From contig OZ249436.1 of assembly GCA_965235115.1 (NCBI GenBank), positions 18,168,001 through 18,232,000 of the forward strand: a stretch of 64,000 nucleotides of DNA, read 5' to 3'. Of this stretch, positions 12,713-26,000 are shown one piece after another. Under the pieces are notes generated by a model that saw nothing but the letters and a program-made list of their open reading frames with translations, made no database searches and was not told where the DNA came from. This DNA is from Laetmonice hystrix (Eukaryota). Made by a program: the position numbers and the translations under genes. Numbering within the stretch: position 1 is the first letter of the stretch; every line of letters starts with the position of its first letter.

Positions 12713-14318
12713 ATGTGGCTTTTCCCTCCCTTTAAATCCGAGGAGATTAGGTGTATGATATGCATGCAATAAGCGAGAGTAAATTTTCCAAGTTCTTCTG
12801 GACGGAAAGATATATGCGTAGGCCTATATACTTTGAGAAACTTCACAATTTCTATCCTGCCGCAAAATACCGTTTTTTTAGCCGTCTTAATTCAAAGAAT
12901 GAGAAACTTCACAATTTATCTCCACATGTCCACCTCCTGCCTTCGGTGCTCAAAGGCTCCCCCTATCGTGCAGTGCTGGATCTGTGCCTGTTGTATAGGT
13001 TACAGTTGGTCAAACTATACGGATATGCCCCCCCCCCGAATTCCTGGACAGTGGCGGATCCAGGGGGAGTGCTGGGGGTACACAGCCCCTCACCCCAAGT
13101 TCCCTTTTCTCTCACCCCAAGTGACGTTTTTTCGATGTCTAATTGTCTAGGCCTATAATATATCGCGTATTTTCCAATTTTTTCTGGGGCAAAGTGCCTT
13201 TTTCCCCATAGCACGCCCCCGTCTTGAAAATCCTGGATATGCCCTTTGAGCATATTTAGATGTAGCATACAGCTGAACCGATAGAAGACTGGATGTACCA
13301 GTGTCCTAGCGAAAAAAAACCCCACCTTTTTAGGGGAGGGGAGATAAAATTTGGAATTTCGCGTATTAATACTGTACATGTATATCACTTCAGGGTGCTA
13401 CAAACTGTATTGTCAGGGAGGGGCACATTTGTGTATGAGCGAACTGGGCAAGGCAAAAACTTATGCTATGGGCATTTTCGCGAGAAAGCCGACGGTGAAG
13501 ACCGTTTAGTGTTGGTGGCGAGTCTCTGGCGACGATGCCAGGTCCTTTACAAATTTCCTTTGTAAAATGATATAACACCACCTGTATAAGATTGTACATG
13601 TAAAAGCATTGTACGAAAAAATACTATATATTATATATATTAATATTCATGAAGTTGACCCCAATATCCGTTGAAAAAAATCGTCTATTTCCCGTTTGTT
13701 TTTTGGTCATTATTTGCAGGAAAATGATATTGGTATCTAAATTAGACATATAAGAAGAATAATCTTATTTGTGATAATGCATGTTGGCCAACATAGGCCT
13801 AAGAGGTAGGCCTATATAAGAATTTGTCAATACTGTCTGCACATTATCATGTTTAATGTCCCCATTAACACCATAGTAAAGCCAATACGTATATGCATGT
13901 ATATTATAGAAAATATACCAGCTGGGTCAAACTCTTTTAAGCAGTGACTTTATTAACAGAAATTAATGTTGGCATTTCCTAACTGATTAGGAATCGCTTC
14001 CTCGTCATGGCAACACACTGAGCAAGGCTCCATCATAATGGCGAAAATGACTAAAATCACTACACACTCATGTCGGCAGGCGACCCGGGGATGCTGCGTC
14101 TTTACGAGTAATTCATATACCCTGGGCGTGTGGGGTAATTGCGACATTACTATTCCGCCCGGATCATTACCACCTGGGCACGAGGTCATTTAATATCAGT
14201 CAGTCTTTGGCAGTGTGACGCTGTCCTCAACCCACCTGTAGAGATCGAATTGATCTATACTATATTAGGCTTTCATTATATAGCTGTAGCATGCAGTGCT
14301 TCACGGTGGATCTAAGTC

Positions 14319-14456
14319 CTGGGCCCGGTTCGCGATACTAAGACATCTTGCTTAAGCTTAAAAACTGATTGGCTAGTTGTCACCGGTTTAAGCAAGGCAG
14401 CTTAAATGTGTGGCAATCAGCCAATCAGAAATCTTAGTATCGCGAACCAGGCCCAG
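14319..14456. mobile_element. Short MITE (PIF/Harbinger-like, CWG flanks)
   Basis: TIRs ctgggcccggttcgcgatactaaga / tcttagtatcgcgaaccaggcccag. Confidence 0.75.
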
Positions 14457-17400
14457 TTCACATAGCTGCAGGTGAGTATCATCTTTATTACGTACATGTA
14501 CGGTGGTTTGAGGACAATTATGTCGACCATGTTCTCTGCTGCTATATCCTAATATCCTGGATGGTCTCACACCTCTTGATGTAGGCTTACAGTGTACAGA
14601 ACTTGTAAAAATCGTGTATAATCAAGAAAACTATCACATCGTAGTCAACTCTCCTTGAGTTTGTAGAGGCTGTCAAGTTTGTTAAATCCAATGTACACCA
14701 GAAACATGCACATTTCATGTACTAGGCATGCGTTATTTCTTTATTTGAAAAATTAAGAGGAAACAGATAATCAATAACCAAACCATACAATTATCTCTCA
14801 AAATAAAACACTTCATGTACATAAGACACAAAGTGTGACGCTGCAATAATTGACTTTGTATTAGACATGACCTTGGCATTGGTTCTCCCGTGTATGACTA
14901 ATGAATGACTTTACAATGATCCAGGTTTTCCTTCCAAATGACCAGAATCTGAAGACGTTGACTAGGATACTGATTTGTGGGGACCGACTCGCCCCAAATT
15001 CCGCACCACGAGGCATCCATCAACATTTTGTATTGACGAGACTAGCTCCCAGTTAATTTGATAATACAATAACCAAACATTCTTATACCATTATGTCCTT
15101 GAGTTCAAGGTCACGACCAGCGAACATTTAAAATGACGTCCAGGTTCAAATACCAGTCATGCTTCTTACCCAACCGATGCACATGCAAACATAACAAATA
15201 GAAATGCAAATGGCAAGGCTGGTATTTACCTTAAATATTCTAACCCACTTCCAAAGTGTATATCTGTAACCTTTAATGGTTTATTGGAAGTTTGGCGGTA
15301 AGTTATTTCATAGAAATGTCATGACAGCTGAGAGAAAACACAAGAAAACATTTATAAACAGGAATAGTTGACCCTTTAAACGGGGGGAAATTCATTAAAA
15401 GATCTTGATTCACCATACCTGTAGGATAGGTTTACATTACAAATATATGATACGTATAACCTTTGGTTTGACGCTATATCAGCTCAGTGTTGGCTGAAAC
15501 TCAAAACCTGATTTTTAAAAATCCCCCATCCCTTTGCGTCTAAACACTTTGATGCAGAGCACTGACAATGTATGCCTGAACCGGTTGTTAGTTTGTTAAG
15601 ACGAGAGCCACGATCACGTACATTGAGTAGAAACAAATTTGTGGGTAACCCACATTGACTCAACAGCCACTCTACTTGTCTCGTGTTATGGTGTCGGCCT
15701 ACTTAGCTAGGGCCTGCATAGCCTATACGTTATTCAGTCAACAGCGCCTTTCTGTAGGTGTCAATGCACCTATTTCCCAACCGGAATAAAGGACTAAAAC
15801 ACGCAGAAACATTTAGTGCTTCAACTTCACTACAATATGGCACATATTTCCAATATTATAGATCTAATGTATTGTCTATGGAGGGATAGGCCTAGCCCCC
15901 TATTTATAATATTAATACGGTAAGGGTGCCTGCAACTCGAGCTATCTCCTCTTATGTGCCTAAGATTACGCGCCTCAAACTGCCCGAATTGTCCGCTATA
16001 CATATCCTTCCATCAGCATGTGACATGGGCTATTTTATTTTTATTGCAATGTTCACTTTCATGTCGTTTTTGGCTCATTTGTACCTCAACGTCGGGGGCT
16101 CGGTCGCCATTTTGTGGCCGCTATTTCGGACGCCAGGTGGTAACCATTCTCAGTGGGAGTCAATGGAACATGTCCCAGGCCAGAGTGACCAGTGTCCAGG
16201 GCCGTTGGCCCGCTATATTTACACGCGATGACCTGTGCAAAAGCAAATGGAGGAGGACATGGAGTCCGTGTGGCCCGTGAAAATAATCCCACCGCTTTTT
16301 TATGCAGTCCTTGCTTTAAAGTGGTATTTGCACGTCGTGTGAATGGCACAAGACGCCTGTCTGACATGTCTATATGTATAGGTCTAGGTCTATGTATATT
16401 TATAATGCTAAATAAACATACATGTCTGATCATTTCGGAGCATTTTCATGTGCCCTTTTGCGCAACCGCCGTTAGCGGTACCCCTTCATTTAGGGGCGGA
16501 CCATTTTGATACCTGTGGGGGTCTATTTTGTTTTTGTTTTTAAATTAAATTAAATAAGAAATGTAAAAAAATATATATAATATAGTATAGTCGAAATGGG
16601 GAAAAAAATAGTTTGAGCAGCGGTCATAACGAAAAAAAAAGAATAGCTTCGGCCTGGGGGCAAAAATAAGTTGCTTACTAAGAAAAACCATAGCCCCCAT
16701 CCCAGTGCTTTTTGGGTGTTAGCTAGTAGGCCTATATTATGACACCTGGAGGGCGTATTTTGCTCCGAACTGATGATGTTCTTATTATGACCATGAAATA
16801 AAGTAAATCCCCCGACTGGTCCATGGCGAGTGCTGGGAATCATACGTTGTAAGGACATTGCCTCGAACGGTGGGAAGATGAGCTCGGTGTGTCACGTATG
16901 GGCGAATAGTTCACCCACAATTACCCGACCCATGGCCAACCCTTGGTCAGGTCAGGGAAGGTCGCTTTCACACCTGCCTCTTTGAGCCATTTAAAACCTC
17001 AACAATTTTGTATCTAGAACGACTTCCCTGTCCTTATAGAACTAGGCCTAGCTTTGCCATACCTCGGGTCACGAAGAGGCTTGTATTAAGTCACTCGCCG
17101 AGCCTATAACTCAAGCAGCACAGGAATGGCAAACGAGCTGTCAGTAACCAAGAAGATTGTGACACATTTTGTGAAACACGCCGCATCGGAAACGTAGATT
17201 CCGGTTCGGTATATATATGCCACTTTTTACTCTTTATGATAAGCTTATGAAACCTGTGCTTTATACATAATATGAGGGGGATCTAGTACTCGAATTCGAA
17301 CAGATATTATAGTATATTATTATAGGCCTGGGCCTGTATAGCCTACGCAAAGCGTATCTTATCACAAAAAATCCATCTTTAGGGCAGGAGGCAGTATGAC

Positions 17401-19919
17401 ATTAATGTAATACAACAATTGGTGAACAGCAAGATAACTGACTGCAACCACTGCCACTCTCCGAGCCCTTTGTCGGCCCCTGTGCCATCTTATTTATAAC
17501 TCACCACGCCATATTCTTTCTCCCTCTATCTTTCTCTTTTGGAGGGGTCAGCAGCGGTGTGTCCAGGTGAGGGGTGTTTATAAAAGTTGCAAATGCTTGA
17601 CCACGACACTATATTAGGTATATACGGAGTACCGCGATCAAAAACCTTGTTTTGAACAATCTCCTCCTGAGGGCCACTGGGCAGCCCCCCCCCCCCCCCC
17701 CCGCCCCGCTCCTGTTCCCACCCCACCGATTGAATAGTCAACGATGCCATATAAATATTCCTGGCGCCATTCATCTAATTATATCTTCCATATCCACGAA
17801 CGTATAATTAAGATCTGCGCAATTATTCTTGGATGTATATATGCAAGCAACCTCACTTCCGTCTCAAGGCGATCCTCGAGCGTTGGGCCTATGACCTGGA
17901 CAGTCATAGCAAGAGAATGCATTTTAAATAGAGAGAACTCTTGTATGTCCGGTTGGTCTAAACAGGTTGTGCTAAATATTGTATGCTTGACTACTTGAAT
18001 TCGAGAATTACGTAACGACCCATGGGGAGTGTGGGGTACCAACGGCTCGATATTTACTTATATTATCATAAAGAGCCCCTTATCATGCCTGCACCCTAAA
18101 TCGATGGATTACATTTGCACAATAAATTGTCAGAAATCTGAGCGAGCCCGTACATAAAGCGCGGTATCGTTCATCTCGCCTATGGCAGATGTTTCGTGGG
18201 AAGCACTTGGCAGTGGTTGGGGAGGGGGGGGGGGGGGGCTGATGTCCCGGTCCCGGTTTGTGACTAAGAAAGGACTGAATCATTACTACAAGACCCACGG
18301 CATAACGTGGGTGCTAAATATAGTACAATTGGGTCATCGGTCCACTCGCCTCTAGTTTTATGAACTTTTATGAACAAATTATTCGCTGAATTTGCAGCAG
18401 TTTCAAGACACCTTGCGGTTTTAAACTACATTGTATCTTTGCGTCGGTCTACAGTTGTGCCTGCTCAAAGGGGTACACATGTACATTTAATCCTTTAGGC
18501 GGCCAATTCCAATAGGTCTTAGCTCTAGCTTTATCTAGACCCGTAAAAAAATGTTATTTCATTTCTTGGCGCACAACAAAAAATGTTGTTTGTTGTTGGT
18601 GGGTGTTGCCCAAACCTCACACCCTTAGGCTTAGGGTTTTATGTTGGTTATATAAACGTCCAGTTTTAAACTGACGCGAACCCCAGCGGGAGGTTGGAAA
18701 CAATAGGACGTGAACCTGGCAGGGTGACCTAAATATCATTCTCACCCGGACCTTAACCGCAGAGAGTAGGACACCAGAAGCCAACCCTAATTTGGCCTTG
18801 TCATTCCATAAATATCTCCACTTTCCCCACCCCTCTCTCAGAATTGGCACTTCAGTTTGATGGCATTGTAAATGAAAGCACAGAGGGCGTCATACGGGAA
18901 GGCTCAGAGGGACTGGTCGGCATGGTTCACCTCATATACGTCTACACGCAAACCCTATTTATATACATACAATCGCTGGAAACTAATTACATTCTTTTGC
19001 AGTAAAGGTCGAGAAATACAGATGAAGTTGAGCCGACATGTAGTTGAGCCAGAATTATTCCAATCAGGCATTGTTTGGAAACGTATTTCATGAAATTAAT
19101 TATTTTGGCGTACAATGGATGGGTAGTAGAAGTAATGCACTCAAACCACACCTCTATATTATCATTAACAGACTGTCAGTCTACATTTTGACATTTTGAT
19201 GGCATAACAATCACTTCGTCTTTACAGCAGGTTTTCAGTTAATCTGTTTTGGCTCCAAGGGTTTCAAAATAACAGCGTAAAAAGTGACTTAATCCAAAAT
19301 TCACACATACATACACAAAATCAGTACATCTGGTACCATCTGTATATGGAAGATGTGTTCGCTGGGGTACCTTCTTTGGTACTACATATACATCACATGT
19401 GTATATAAGAACGAACTCTACTGTCATATCTGACACACGGCCTGCTGGTTCGCGGGGTCGGGGTCACCCAGGGACTGCTTGACCTTCATGGTCACGTGTT
19501 TGTCCATCACCGGTCATCGGGCTATTTCTGTACATGGCGTAGACATGCTGACTGGTAGAGAATATGGGTCACTCCAAGTTAGGCATTCCCCCCTGACTAA
19601 TTATGCCTCCCATGGCTCCACCACAAGCAAGGGGACTGACTGGGCATATGGTCGGAGTGTAGAGCCCTAGTCGGTGTGTACCAGGGACTAGTCGGAATAT
19701 ACTATGCACCCTCCTCTTCGGAATGTATAGACAATTAACATTAGTAATTAAACCCTAATATCGAATTATGGATGCCCACTAAAGAGTTTATTAAATCTCT
19801 GAAGAGACGAGAAGTTAAAATCCAGTAAGGTGGGCGGTATACATTCCGACTGCCGCACTGCTACACCCTGACAGCGGTATACACTATGACTCGACCTACC
19901 CGGCCTGGGCTGGGGTTAT

Positions 19920-20969
19920 CTATGGATGCTGGCCAGGGCAGTATGTAGGTAGCACAAGTGAGCGCAGTGTCCACTCATTCATCTTCAACGTTTCGTTTAC
20001 CACTCCGTTGATATATGTTCGGTGGACAAATGGGAAGTAATTTTCAAGTCGGGAACATGGTACATCCTTGGTGGAGAATGTAAACATGGGGACTTCCATC
20101 ATGTGCGAGAATGACCGCGACCTGCAAATGTCAATGGCGTAGTTGGTATCAATGACGGCCTTCGTATCACACGGGGCGGGTAGAAACGTGTCTACAAACG
20201 GCCGCCGGGTTAGGGGAAACACTTTGGACTTTGGGTATACGTATTTTCCGTTGTCTGGATGCTCATCAGATATATGTGTTTCGTTTTCCTGAAAGAAGAA
20301 AATGTCGATATACGGCCACTTGAATGACTTGTGAATGAATTTGCTCTCTATGTGGTTTGAATAGAACTTCCACTGGGTTGCTGCAGAGATATCTCCACCG
20401 GTGTACAAGTCGAAATCGGGAGAGAGTTTGGCCAGCGTATCCACGACCTGTTGTTTCTGGGATGCGTTGACCACCATGTCGACGTCGTCGTCCCATGGTA
20501 TAAAGCCATGGTGGCGAAAGGATCCTATAAGGGTCCCGCCATACATGAAGCATGTGATGTTGGCTGCTTCCAGGCTTGACACAAACACTTTCAACGTATC
20601 CATCATGATAGCCTTGTCTCGCTCCGTCAGTACTGGCTGGAAATACGTCTCTACGGGCCAGAATCCCTTGTTAATTTGCATGACTAGAAAAAACAGATTT
20701 GTAAGCAACACCAGAAAGTTAAGTACCAGCAGGTTCCTGGGGTCGAGCAGACGTCGCAGTTGGCGCAACATCCTTTTCGGCTTGTGACCCATGGTGGGGA
20801 TATTAAGGATGGTGAGCCCCCGACTACTGTCCGGCTTTTCGTGTCGTGAACGGCACCGTTTTTTCTCGCCTAGCTCAGGAGTATGGGTTCTGCTTCCCGA
20901 GCTACCGCTCGAGTCGGAATCGTCGACGTCTGCTGCTAAAAGCCCAGTGTCGGAGTACATGCGCCTCAT
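19920..20969 (-). CDS. LicD-family (fukutin/FKRP/LicD nucleotidyltransferase-fold) phosphotransferase, type II membrane protein, 349 aa, intronless CDS
   Basis: Uninterrupted ORF; single TM (LLVLNFLVLLTNLFFLVMQI) after a Ser/basic N-terminal tail; LicD motif YGGTLIGSFRHHGFIPWDDDVD and downstream YIDIFFF; lacks the FKRP stem domain. Confidence 0.93.
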   Translation of the reverse strand: MRRMYSDTGLLAADVDDSDSSGSSGSRTHTPELGEKKRCRSRHEKPDSSRGLTILNIPTMGHKPKRMLRQLRRLLDPRNLLVLNFLVLLTNLFFLVMQINKGFWPVETYFQPVLTERDKAIMMDTLKVFVSSLEAANITCFMYGGTLIGSFRHHGFIPWDDDVDMVVNASQKQQVVDTLAKLSPDFDLYTGGDISAATQWKFYSNHIESKFIHKSFKWPYIDIFFFQENETHISDEHPDNGKYVYPKSKVFPLTRRPFVDTFLPAPCDTKAVIDTNYAIDICRSRSFSHMMEVPMFTFSTKDVPCSRLENYFPFVHRTYINGVVNETLKMNEWTLRSLVLPTYCPGQHP

Positions 20970-22052
20970 CTGTGCTATACACTATGGGCGCCGGCAAATT
21001 CCGGCTCGCACCTGCAGTCGCAATTCACTGGTAAAATCCGGCTAACGATACTCCGTTCTGTGATGTGTAGTGTATGCACGACACTCCTATACAGTACTCC
21101 GGGCCGTGTTATACAGCATTGACCCTCGCGTTTGGAAATAAAACGGTCATGTTCATGGCGAGCAGTGCAATGGGGCCCGTTCGCCCTCCTCCCTTGGCGG
21201 ATGCTGCACCGACTGCCACCGCTGCCCGCGCGCGTCGCCACCAGCCTGCCGAGCATGCGCCCGCTTTCCGTGACGCCACACCACGCGCCACCACTACCTC
21301 CACTGCCCACATCATGCCACAATTATGTGAGAAATGAGGTCTGCAGAAGCCGCGAGCGGCGTGCTTCTCACATGTATACCAATTCTGCACCAGCAGCCTC
21401 GGATAGCGGGCATCTCCGGAGCTAGCTCTGTTAGCTATAGGCCTACCTTCGCCGGTTGAGAAACATATATAGGCTCCATCAAAATGACTCCAAACCATTA
21501 TAATGATTCTCCGATCAATATGACATGCGCCTTCCGACCCCTGATGAAAACTTGCATTGCTACTGCTGCATTTTCTTGATACCGAAATCCAGAAAGCCAT
21601 GGGGTTGTATAGGCCTGCAGCAAAACCCCGCGTATACAGTGCCATGCGGTAGTTGAGAAATCTTGGTAGGCCTATATAGGCCCTAGCCTCAATTCTACGC
21701 TCGCTGGAGATTACTGCTCTCAACTGTGTTCTGGGGCTACTGGGTACTATCCCTAACCCAAACTAACCACAAATGCCTCAAAGAGTTTAAGTTTTGTAAT
21801 TGAAGTAGGCCTAATATGCAGTCAAATGCGAAAATTATGCCATAATGTAAAACCCCCGCTATGCTATATATAGTCAAAAATGCAGTAGATAGCCCCCCAA
21901 AAGGGGTGAACCGTGAGTTGGCGTGATACTACGATTTATTTTTTTAGAAATGCATTTTCACGAAACTGATGATGCCCAGGTCAGTGGCGGATCCAGCGGG
22001 GGGGGGGGGGGGGGGGGGTTGATGCGCCGCCCATAAAGGCCTCCACACACTT

Positions 22053-22310
22053 GGGCATTTCACACCGCGTCAGCACGCCGCGTGAAACGCCCGGCGTAAC
22101 GACTGGGCGTTTCACGCTGCGATAAATGGTTCCCACTTGCGCGGAAAACGCACGCGGTCATCGCTGGCTGTTTGCAAAATGAAATATATCACCCTGCTTC
22201 TGTGCATCTTTATAGGAGGGACATTGTTTGTCGTATATAGGCAGGGATTCTTCTCGGTTTCCACTATCAACCGTTCGGTTTTCTGGTCCACTCCCTTCCG
22301 CCCCATCCTG
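22053..22310 (-). mobile_element. PIF/Harbinger remnant carrying a frameshifted MADF (Myb/SANT-like) domain fragment
   Basis: From ATG at 22306: MGRKGVDQKTERLIVETEKNPCL, then a 2-nt slip in a TATA run, then YDKQCPSYKDAQKQGDIF, which matches the MADF N-terminal pattern (LI..V...PCLYD....YKD); adjacent GGGCATTTCACACC terminus-like sequence at 22053. Confidence 0.6.
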
Positions 22311-23070
22311 CTGGCTGGTAGATTGTCAAATGGAATACAGATCACCTGGGATCATCAGGTGCAAGGTGGTCTTACCACAGATACTGGGGTGCATTTCAAT
22401 AGAGCCCAAAAATGTCTGAAAGCCTCGCTAGAGTCAGGTGGGAGGTTTTTATTGAAACACTCGCTCTCTCTCTCTCCATCCATTTTGCACTAGTCCAAAA
22501 GACTTCTTTAGCAAAGATTTATTTGGCAAAAATATCTTTTGATATTGAAACGCACTCCAGGATGCCTATTGGCTGAACGGATGATCGGCCGAGACAACAC
22601 GCTGAGTAAAACGCACAGAAACCTATTCTGATGGAGGTTTCGGTCAGGGACAGTGTGATATGGGAGGGACTGTGTACTGTAGGCTGATATGGTACAATTA
22701 CCAGCTCTTCTGACCTAAAGGTATCACAATCATCTACGTTATTTCGGAACATTATGTGAAAACCGCTGATAGGAATATAGTTCAGACTCATGCAAACAGA
22801 AATCTGTCAAGTAGTAATTAGAAATGGGAAAGGAAGACACCGATTACGATTATGAATGAATGATAAATATTTTATTACTCCTGTAATCTCAGAACGAAAG
22901 AGGTACCAAATGACTTCTCTATATGTCACTTTACAGTAAACTATACAAATACCGTAATGTCCTCGCGGGATGTTTAGTTTAATGGGACTAAATTAGTTGA
23001 AATGCTCCAACTTCACTTGGGACCAATAAATGCTTAAATCGTCCGGCGTTAGATGGCAGCCCGTGAATTT

Positions 23071-26000
23071 TTAACAGTCTTTCCTGTGAAGACTTTCAAC
23101 AGCCTGAAAAATTAAAAGATCGATTAGAATTGAGATGTTGTTAATTTATTATGTGACGTGGCTATAGGTACAAAAATAAAAGGTGAATGTACTGCAATGA
23201 TTCACTGAACTTCGAAATTTAGAGAGTGCACACGAAGTCATGTGGGGAAAAATCGCGTTTAGGTGATTGCTATACGAACCCGTCGATAAGATAACACTTT
23301 ACCACACGCTGGCACTACTAAAAGCTATATTCTACCCGATAAAAGTTATATTTAATGCATAATGGACTCTTAGGGTACGGGTACATTATTCAAAGGGATA
23401 ACAGCGTCTCGATAAGTGTTATGCCGTATAAGCCTTGGCTACGGGGATGCATTATGCCTGAACACTCCCTTGACCTTGCACCATCATGCAATATCCCCAG
23501 TGGTACAAAAGGGCCGAAAGACACACAGAACGGGGGGGGGGGCTATAATTATTATTACACAATCGGTTTACACAGTGATCTTTGACAGCGAACGTTTCCT
23601 TTTTCTTAAAGTTAAACATGTAGCGACCAGTGCAATTCACAGTATGCACGAATTCAGAGCGATAAACAGCAAAAATAGAGCCCAAACTCCAATTACAGGA
23701 AATAAGCAGTGATCATGTTTCCAGGTGAAACGGTTCAGTTTTCATGGGGAGACGGTGAGGGAAGTAACCTTGCACTCACTGCTTACCTCCCACAATGGCA
23801 TGCGATATTTGAGCCTGTACTGACAGCAGGGAGAATACTGAACAGACATGCCCCCTCCCCAGTAACATTGCGGGAGGTGAAGCTAATTATTGGTTAATTT
23901 ACTCCTAAATTTAGACTTCTGATATACTATACCTTAGATACTGAGACAACCGTATCTGTAATTATTATGTCATTATTTTACCAGGTAAATTTCTGAATTG
24001 GAAATTATATCGTACATCACCCTTTCCACTGTAGCACAAAAGGGGGAGGAGGCAAAATACTACCGATCATTCAAATATGTCGGCGGGGGAGAAGGAAAAG
24101 GTTATAATGTTTCCATCACTATTTGGCAGCTCTTCAAACCAGTGTCAGGCCTGCCGTTTTGGTGTTTTGGCATGCAGAAAAAATGTAGGAAGGTAGTGAA
24201 GTTAGGGGAACCCATGGGCACTCCACCAGAAAATATTCAAAACCACTTTTGCTCCAAAACAGTTAAGGAAATATTACAACAGAACTCGGCTGTCATAACA
24301 TTTCAGACTGATGCCAATTAAATCCTAGTTAAAAGATTCTGTGCAGTGGTTAGCAACTCTGTAAATCCCCATCGTAGAATTCTCTGTTTCCACTTGTATT
24401 ATTTTGTAAAAACCCACCTCGTTCAGTGTTTTCCTTGTACTATTGGTCTCCTTTTCTGTTTCTAACAACTGTCGCCGGCGTGCACATAAGGCTGCTTCCA
24501 TCTTCTTGTTGTGAGCCTCTAGATCGTTGAGGATATGCTGGAGTTTTTCGCACTGCTTCAGTCTCATGGGCATGAGGTGTGCACTGACATCACATCGGGG
24601 GTTGCCCTGCGGCCGCCTGCAAACAGACAACATTCAGGGAAGGCCTACAGATGCGGCTTCTAATCAGTGCGTCAATAACAAATCTTTCAAGAAAAAGTAT
24701 CCAATTGTTGGAAAAAAAAGTATTTAAAAACATTCATTTGCATCAATTTACCCCTGGGGTGCGTTTCTCACCATATCGTTAGCTTGTCGTATCGTTAACT
24801 CCAATGCATTTTCAATGGGAATTTTAATGCATGACAGGATAACGCTAGATTTATGAGAAACGCACCCCTGATTTGTAACGATAGTGTTATGCCGTATAGT
24901 GTTAGTCGACAGTGTTATGCCGTTTAAGCCTCGGCTATGGGGGCATAAAAGTATTAAACTCTGTCAAGAAAAAAGTATCCAAATTGTCTGGAAAAAAGTA
25001 TTAAAAAATCAATTTACCCGATCTGTAACGACTTGTTCCTATGTTAGGTAGGGCTCTCAAAAGTAGCCGGTCAGCAGCGGCAAAACACCATCTAAAACCA
25101 GTTTTGCCGCCGCCTACTTTTTGTTGAATGACAAAAATTTTTGTTAACAATGTTCTTTTTTCACTTTCCTGCCTCAGCATGTACCAAAACAAAATGTCAG
25201 TGATGACCAATTGCCCCTCTCAGATGCCAGGAAATTGCATCTCAGGGGGGCATTTTTTGGCGTCCAGCACCACCGGCAAACTCCAGTACAGGGCCCTCCT
25301 CGGCTTTACAAGCCCAAGGAATACCAAGTCACGCACTGAGCTCTTGTAAAGATCTAAAGGAACCTCCGCCTGGCGCTGATGCAGTTGCTGCAATCACTGA
25401 TCTTTTGGCGTCACCGGGCCTGACCGAGCCTGACCAATCACAGCATGACTGCTCTCCAGTTTGGAAGAAACTAAAACCTGACACACTTGTTGCGTTGAGC
25501 AATTTAGAAGGTAGCGAACGTTGACAGCTTACATGAGCAGGGCTCTCAAAGTTGGCAGGAGTAGCAGGGTACAGAAGAGAAAGTAGCGGGGTACAGCCGT
25601 GGTGAGGGTGTGGGGGGGCCCCCAGAAAAATTTGAAAAAATGCTCTCCTGAGATGCAATTTCCTGGCATCTGAGAGGGGCAATTGGTCATCACTGACATC
25701 GTATTGCAGTGTGCGGATCCTATGTGCAGGAAAGTGAAAAAAGAACATTGTTAAAAAGATTTTTTGTCATTCAACAAAAAGTAGGCGACGGCAAAACTGG
25801 TTTTAGATGGTGTTTTGCCGCTGCTGACCGGCTATTTTTGACAGCCCTGCATGAGCCATATTTGTTAGACAGAAATATGGACAGAAACCATCAATAGTGA
25901 TGAGGAGTCGCTAGGAATTAAGCCCGACATCAGGCCCCGGTTTTTAGTTTGTCATTTTACCATGATCTTAAGACTGGGATTTTAAGACTGACTTGTGTTA

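Noticed and set aside
19920..20969. Bacterial contamination or recent horizontal transfer of licD
   Set aside because: It has a eukaryote-style cytosolic tail plus TM anchor and sits among intron-containing genes and host repeats; LicD-family genes are native to animals, so lack of introns alone is not evidence
20975..21723. Overlapping 97-204-aa ORFs upstream of the LicD gene
   Set aside because: GC-rich promoter/5' UTR-like sequence gives long ORFs on both strands; several begin at non-ATG codons and none shows a domain
20970..24418. PMF1-LicD read-through fusion via cag|ATG at 20969 (it would be in frame with PMF1 exon 4)
   Set aside because: The acceptor has no polypyrimidine tract, and PMF1 has its own good terminal exon with AATAAA signals downstream
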